Assembly: GCA_052279835.1 (NCBI GenBank)
Contig: CP181291.1
Span: 4,384,001-4,448,000, forward strand
DNA from: Microcoleus sp.
GTDB lineage: Bacteria; Cyanobacteriota; Cyanobacteriia; Cyanobacteriales; Microcoleaceae
Reading direction: 5' to 3'
Length of the DNA: 64,000 nucleotides
Shown: piece after piece, positions 59,706-64,000 of the stretch
How positions within the stretch are numbered: the first letter of the stretch is position 1
Layout: every line of letters begins with the position of its first letter
The notes under the pieces: model-generated
Seen by the model: only the letters and a program-made list of their open reading frames with translations
The model's database searches: none
Told to the model about the DNA's origin: nothing
Program-made: the position numbers and the translations under genes

Positions 59706-61400
59706 TTACCATTTTCCTGGCATTGTGTCCTTCAGTCTCAGTTCTTCTCGACTCATGAGAGCTTCGTAATAATCTGGTTTAATTTCTAGGGCAACTCCAT
59801 AGGAACTAATGGCGTCTTGATTACGGTGCAATTTTTGCAATACATCGCCTCGATGAGACCAAGCTTCCCAGTTATCTGGCTTGAGTTGAATTACTTTGTC
59901 AGCAGCTATAAGTGCTTCAGCATAGCGTGCCATTTTTGCTACTACCATGGAGCGGTGCATCCAGGCTTGATAGTTGTCAGGCCAGATGGTAATTGCTCGA
60001 TCGTAGGCTACCAGGGCTGGTTCGTACTGCTGCAAATTTTCGAGAGCCTTGCCACGTTTTAACCAAGCTTCAAAATTGTCGGGCATGATTTGAATGACTT
60101 GGTTATAGGCGGCGATGGCTTCTTGATAGCGCTCTAATTTTTCTAGGGCTGCCCCTTGTTGTAAACCAACTTTGGAGGAAATTTGTGCTTCCGAACTCAT
60201 AGAAATTACTTTATCGTAACAGGCGATCGCCTCTTCGTATTGTTGTAATTGTTCGAGAGCTGCCCCTCGCAGGTTCCAAGCTTCTAGAAAATTGCTTTGA
60301 ATTTGCAGGGCATTACTGTAAGCGATGATTGCATCTTTATATCGTTCCAATCCGGCTAAAGCGATGCCTCTACCTAGCCAAGCTTCGGGGAAATTGGGAT
60401 TGATTTGAATTGCTTTATCAAAAGCTGCGATCGCCCCTTCATAGTCTGCTGATTCTGACAGAGTTTGACCGCGACCGATCCAGACTTCTGGATAAAATTG
60501 ATTAATTTGAATAGCGCGATCGAAACAAGCAATAGCGGCATCATGCTGCTGGTGTTTCAGGGCCATACCCTTATAAAACCAAGCTTCGTAATCGTTAGGT
60601 TGTAGTTGAATTACCCGATCGTAAGCTCTAACTGCTTCTGGATATCGGTGGAGTTTTGCCGATGCTATGCCTCGATTGAACCAAGCCAGACAATTTGTTG
60701 GTTGTAATTGCAGGGCGCGATCGTAAGAAGTGACAGCTTCAGGATAACGCTCGGTCTTCATCAGAGCCAAGCCTCGGTTCAACCAAGCTTCCCAATGAGT
60801 TGGTACGAGCTTGAGGGCGCGCTCGTAAGCAGCCACTGCCTCCGAGTTCCGTTCGGCTTGCAACAGTACATTACCTTGACGAAACCACATGGCGGGCAAA
60901 TTGGGATGAATTTGTGTGGCTCTTTTGTAACTACTTGCTGCTAGTTCCCACTGTTGCAATTCTTCCAGAGCTCGGCCGCGCTGATACCAAGCTTCGTGTT
61001 TTTCCGAATTAATTTCAATTGCTTTGTCAAAACCCGCGATCGCCTCGGAGTAATTTTGTAAGCTTAACAGTGCCGTACCGCGTAGCATCCATGCCCAATA
61101 TTCTTCTGGTTTGAGAGCTATAGCTCGATCGCAACAGGCTACGGTTTGTAGATATTGCTCCAATTGCTTGTAAGCCTTACCCAAATTCAGCCATGCCCTA
61201 ACCCAGTCTGGCTTAATTTGCAATGCTTTTCCGTAACAATCCACGGCTGCTTCATATCTTCCCGATGCGTACAATCTATTGCCCCGATCGTAATCAGGAA
61301 ATGCTGCAAAAATCCTGAAAATTGGTGGCAGTAAGGTTCCTTGGGGGGTTAAAAATTTGTCATTGGAGGTTGGAGGGGGAGAAGTTGATAAGTCTGACAT
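59706..61400 (-). CDS. TPR repeat protein
   Basis: About fifteen AWxxRGxAL..YxxAxxxYDRA units. Confidence 0.92.
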   Translation of the reverse strand: MSDLSTSPPPTSNDKFLTPQGTLLPPIFRIFAAFPDYDRGNRLYASGRYEAAVDCYGKALQIKPDWVRAWLNLGKAYKQLEQYLQTVACCDRAIALKPEEYWAWMLRGTALLSLQNYSEAIAGFDKAIEINSEKHEAWYQRGRALEELQQWELAASSYKRATQIHPNLPAMWFRQGNVLLQAERNSEAVAAYERALKLVPTHWEAWLNRGLALMKTERYPEAVTSYDRALQLQPTNCLAWFNRGIASAKLHRYPEAVRAYDRVIQLQPNDYEAWFYKGMALKHQQHDAAIACFDRAIQINQFYPEVWIGRGQTLSESADYEGAIAAFDKAIQINPNFPEAWLGRGIALAGLERYKDAIIAYSNALQIQSNFLEAWNLRGAALEQLQQYEEAIACYDKVISMSSEAQISSKVGLQQGAALEKLERYQEAIAAYNQVIQIMPDNFEAWLKRGKALENLQQYEPALVAYDRAITIWPDNYQAWMHRSMVVAKMARYAEALIAADKVIQLKPDNWEAWSHRGDVLQKLHRNQDAISSYGVALEIKPDYYEALMSREELRLKDTMPGKW

Positions 61401-61520
61401 AGGCTTTGTACATAAAAATTTTGTTGAACAACCAGCTTCGCGGTCTTAATATTAACTTATGCTGTGCTTAACTCGCTGCTATAGTCAGATAAATTTAACA
61501 TATTTTCAATCAAATTTTGT

Positions 61521-63644
61521 ATGGTTTTTGTGCACGCAGTTTTAGATTTTACCGATGCTAATTGGGGCTCGATCGCCTTTAGCTCCAATTATTGCTATCA
61601 AGGTCTTTGCGTTCAAAGCGGTGAGTTGCTGAGATTGCCTCGCACAGTTCAGTGTGAGGCGATCGCCCGTGGTTTGATGCAGCACCTTGGAGAGGACGAG
61701 TGTCATTCCCGCGAGGGCAAAATGTATGGAGTCTTGCTAGTTGAAACCCTCGGAGGGGAAAAAAAGGTACTCAAAGCATTTTCCGGGCTTTTGAATGGTT
61801 CTAGCCACGTTCCCGGCTGGGTAACGCCCATTCCCGGACGCGATCGAGTGGCCTTGACAGAGGCCCGAACCTTGACTGAATTGGAGTCGATGAAACAGGA
61901 ACTGATACGGCTACAACAGCTTCCCCAGCGGCAGGAATATGACAGACGATTGCGGGAGTGGGAATTGGAATTAGAGGCTTTGGGCGATCGGCACAAAATT
62001 TGCAAGCAGCAACGAGATCTAACACGGGATTTACTGTGCCAAACTCTGGTAGGAGAAATACGGGAAATAGCTCTAGAAGAACTGAATCAAGCCAGTCGAT
62101 TAGAAGGAATTGAACGCAGGCAACTTAAGCGGGAGCGGGATGATAAATTGCAGCCATTAAAACAATTAATTGAAGCCGCCGATGGGCGGATAACTGAACT
62201 GAAACAGCAGCGTAAAAAACTGTCTCGCGAACTGCAAATGCAGATGCACGAGGCTTATACTTTGGTAAATTTTTTGGGAAATTCGCGATCGCTCCAGCAA
62301 TTGATGCCCAGCGGTTCGATCCCGACTGGAACCGGCGATTGTTGTGCACCAAAATTGCTCCACTACGCGGCTTTACACAATCTGAAACCCTTGGCAATGG
62401 CTGAGTTTTGGTGGGGGCCATCCTTGGGGGACAAAGTTCAGGGAGAGTTTTATGGTGCTTGTGGCGATCGGTGCCAGCCATTGATGGGGTTTTTGCTATC
62501 AGGATTAGCTCAAAATCGGAGTGTTTTTAAGAATGTTAATAACTGCGAGGCAGAACCTGTTGGTGACAGTGACAACTTAACATCAAACCGACTGTTTCCT
62601 TTGTTTGTATTGAAGTCTATATCCCCCCTAACCCCCCTTAAGAAGGGGGGGACAACAAATACTCTGAAAGTCCCTCTTAATAACGGGGGGACAACAAATA
62701 CTCTGAAAGTCCCTCTTAATAACGGGGGGACAACAAATAATCTCAAAGTCCCTCTTAATAACGGTGGGACAACAAATAATCTCAAAGTCCCTCTTAATAA
62801 CGGGGGGACAACAAATAATCTCAAAGTCCCCCTTATTAAGGGGGATTTAGGGGGATCTACACTGGACAAAAACCAACATTTATTTTCAGTCTTAAGTTCT
62901 CACGAATCAGAACAGCCTGGGAAAGAGATGAAAGGATGGCTTCTAGCCCACCGCACAAACAATAATTATGATGGTGGTGGAATAGGCATCTTGCCTGTTC
63001 ATGAGCCCAGGAAAATGCTACCAATTATTTATCAAGATAAATGGTTGGTTGTCGTCAACAAACCTGCAAATTTACTCTCAGTTCCTGGTCGTTACCTAGA
63101 AAATCAAGATAGTGTATTAAGTCGTTTCCGCAACTTGCTACCCGATGGGCTTAATTTGAAGGCAGTGCATCGTTTAGATTTCGATACATCGGGAATTTTG
63201 ATATTAGCACGGGACAAAGATACTTACAGAAAACTTAGTCTAGAATTTGAAAAAAAACAAGTTCATAAAATTTATGAAGCTGTACTTTCTGGTGTAACAA
63301 ATATGAATATGGGATCGATCGCCCTCCCACTGTGGGGGAATCCTGACAATCGACCGATTCAGGAAGTTAATTGGGAACGTGGAAAACCCAGTGTGACTCA
63401 GTTTCAGGTGATGGGAACAGAAGGGAATTGCTCGCGCATCGAATTTGTGCCACTAACGGGACGGACTCATCAATTGAGAGTTCATGCAGCGGATGTGAGA
63501 GGATTGGGAATACCGATTTTGGGCGATCGACTTTACGGATGCAAAGCCGATGGAATGCGATTACACTTACACGCCAGGGAAATTTGTTTTGAGCATCCGC
63601 AGTTGGGAAACAGGCTATACCTAAAGGCAGAAATGCCATTTTGA
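61521..63644 (+). CDS. RluA-family pseudouridine synthase, long form, with in-frame repeat insertion
   Basis: GKMYGVL, coiled coil, GDCCAPKLL, then VNKPANLLSVP, HRLDFDTSG, GRTHQLRVH, GDRLYG, LHA. Confidence 0.92.
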   Translation: MVFVHAVLDFTDANWGSIAFSSNYCYQGLCVQSGELLRLPRTVQCEAIARGLMQHLGEDECHSREGKMYGVLLVETLGGEKKVLKAFSGLLNGSSHVPGWVTPIPGRDRVALTEARTLTELESMKQELIRLQQLPQRQEYDRRLREWELELEALGDRHKICKQQRDLTRDLLCQTLVGEIREIALEELNQASRLEGIERRQLKRERDDKLQPLKQLIEAADGRITELKQQRKKLSRELQMQMHEAYTLVNFLGNSRSLQQLMPSGSIPTGTGDCCAPKLLHYAALHNLKPLAMAEFWWGPSLGDKVQGEFYGACGDRCQPLMGFLLSGLAQNRSVFKNVNNCEAEPVGDSDNLTSNRLFPLFVLKSISPLTPLKKGGTTNTLKVPLNNGGTTNTLKVPLNNGGTTNNLKVPLNNGGTTNNLKVPLNNGGTTNNLKVPLIKGDLGGSTLDKNQHLFSVLSSHESEQPGKEMKGWLLAHRTNNNYDGGGIGILPVHEPRKMLPIIYQDKWLVVVNKPANLLSVPGRYLENQDSVLSRFRNLLPDGLNLKAVHRLDFDTSGILILARDKDTYRKLSLEFEKKQVHKIYEAVLSGVTNMNMGSIALPLWGNPDNRPIQEVNWERGKPSVTQFQVMGTEGNCSRIEFVPLTGRTHQLRVHAADVRGLGIPILGDRLYGCKADGMRLHLHAREICFEHPQLGNRLYLKAEMPF
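62621..62857. repeat. Small dispersed palindromic repeat expanded into five 39-bp tandem units, in frame
   Basis: gacaacaaat units at 62651, 62690, 62729, 62768, 62807; bounded by atccccccta / tagggggat; related copy at ~38032-38087. Confidence 0.92.
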
Positions 63645-63780
63645 TTTGGCTCAAAATTACGCAATCTCTGAATTGTTTGCGATTATGTGATGTCATTATC
63701 ATTGTAATGGTTCGATTCAAGCTATGGTAAGAAGCAAACGCGAATTTCCAGAATTATTCAGTTGACAAACTAGCAAAACC

Positions 63781-64000
63781 ATGAACATCCAAACCACATC
63801 GCCAGCCCTGCTAAGTTCCTTCAAACTTGGAGATTTGCTCCTAAAAAACCGAGTAGTTCTTGCACCCTTGACTCGTGGCAGAGCCGGTGAAGCGCGGATG
63901 CCCAACGCCTTAATGGCAAAGTATTACGCTCAGCGGGCTGCTGCGGGTTTAATCATTACCGAAGCCACAGTGATTTCGACTCAAGCCCTGGGCTGGGAAA
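63781..64000 (+). CDS. Old yellow enzyme / alkene reductase (partial)
   Basis: Manual translation MNIQTTSPALLSSFKLGDLLLKNRVVLAPLTRGRA..YYAQRAAAGLIITEATVIS. Confidence 0.9.
   Translation, partial: MNIQTTSPALLSSFKLGDLLLKNRVVLAPLTRGRAGEARMPNALMAKYYAQRAAAGLIITEATVISTQALGWE

Noticed and set aside
62621..62857. Possible CRISPR array
   Set aside because: Whole 39-bp units are near-identical with no unique spacers; in frame in rluA; no cas genes.

Overview
A 64 kb window from a filamentous cyanobacterium. The evidence is abundant HIP1 (GCGATCGC), psbM, heptameric STRR arrays and COP23/Uma2/DUF4347 families; an Oscillatoriales/Microcoleus-like origin is inference. Housekeeping genes include pyrE, thiC with a TPP riboswitch, dprA, psbM, a 2Fe-2S ferredoxin, a TolC-family protein, uppP, manC, egtC-egtB-egtD, an rbp RNA-binding protein and an RluA-type pseudouridine synthase, plus two large Calx-beta surface proteins. 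The most striking region is a co-oriented minus-strand cluster at 36.9-50.3 kb: a membrane-anchored periplasmic-binding protein, a membrane vWA protein, a ~1100-aa tubulin/FtsZ-like GTPase with a Zn ribbon, a transmembrane Ser/Thr kinase, three COP23 proteins and two trypsin-like proteases. The kinase and all three COP23 proteins end in a P-(L/V)-(F/W) C-terminus. Other oddities: an IS200/IS605 tnpB 3' remnant fused to a host gene; palindromic repeats inserted in frame in two proteins; a diverged 280-bp tandem duplication creating a methyltransferase/PyrE chimeric mini-ORF; and a candidate structured RNA upstream of a USP gene. No rRNA, tRNA or CRISPR array was seen. Family assignments come from motif recognition, not database searches.
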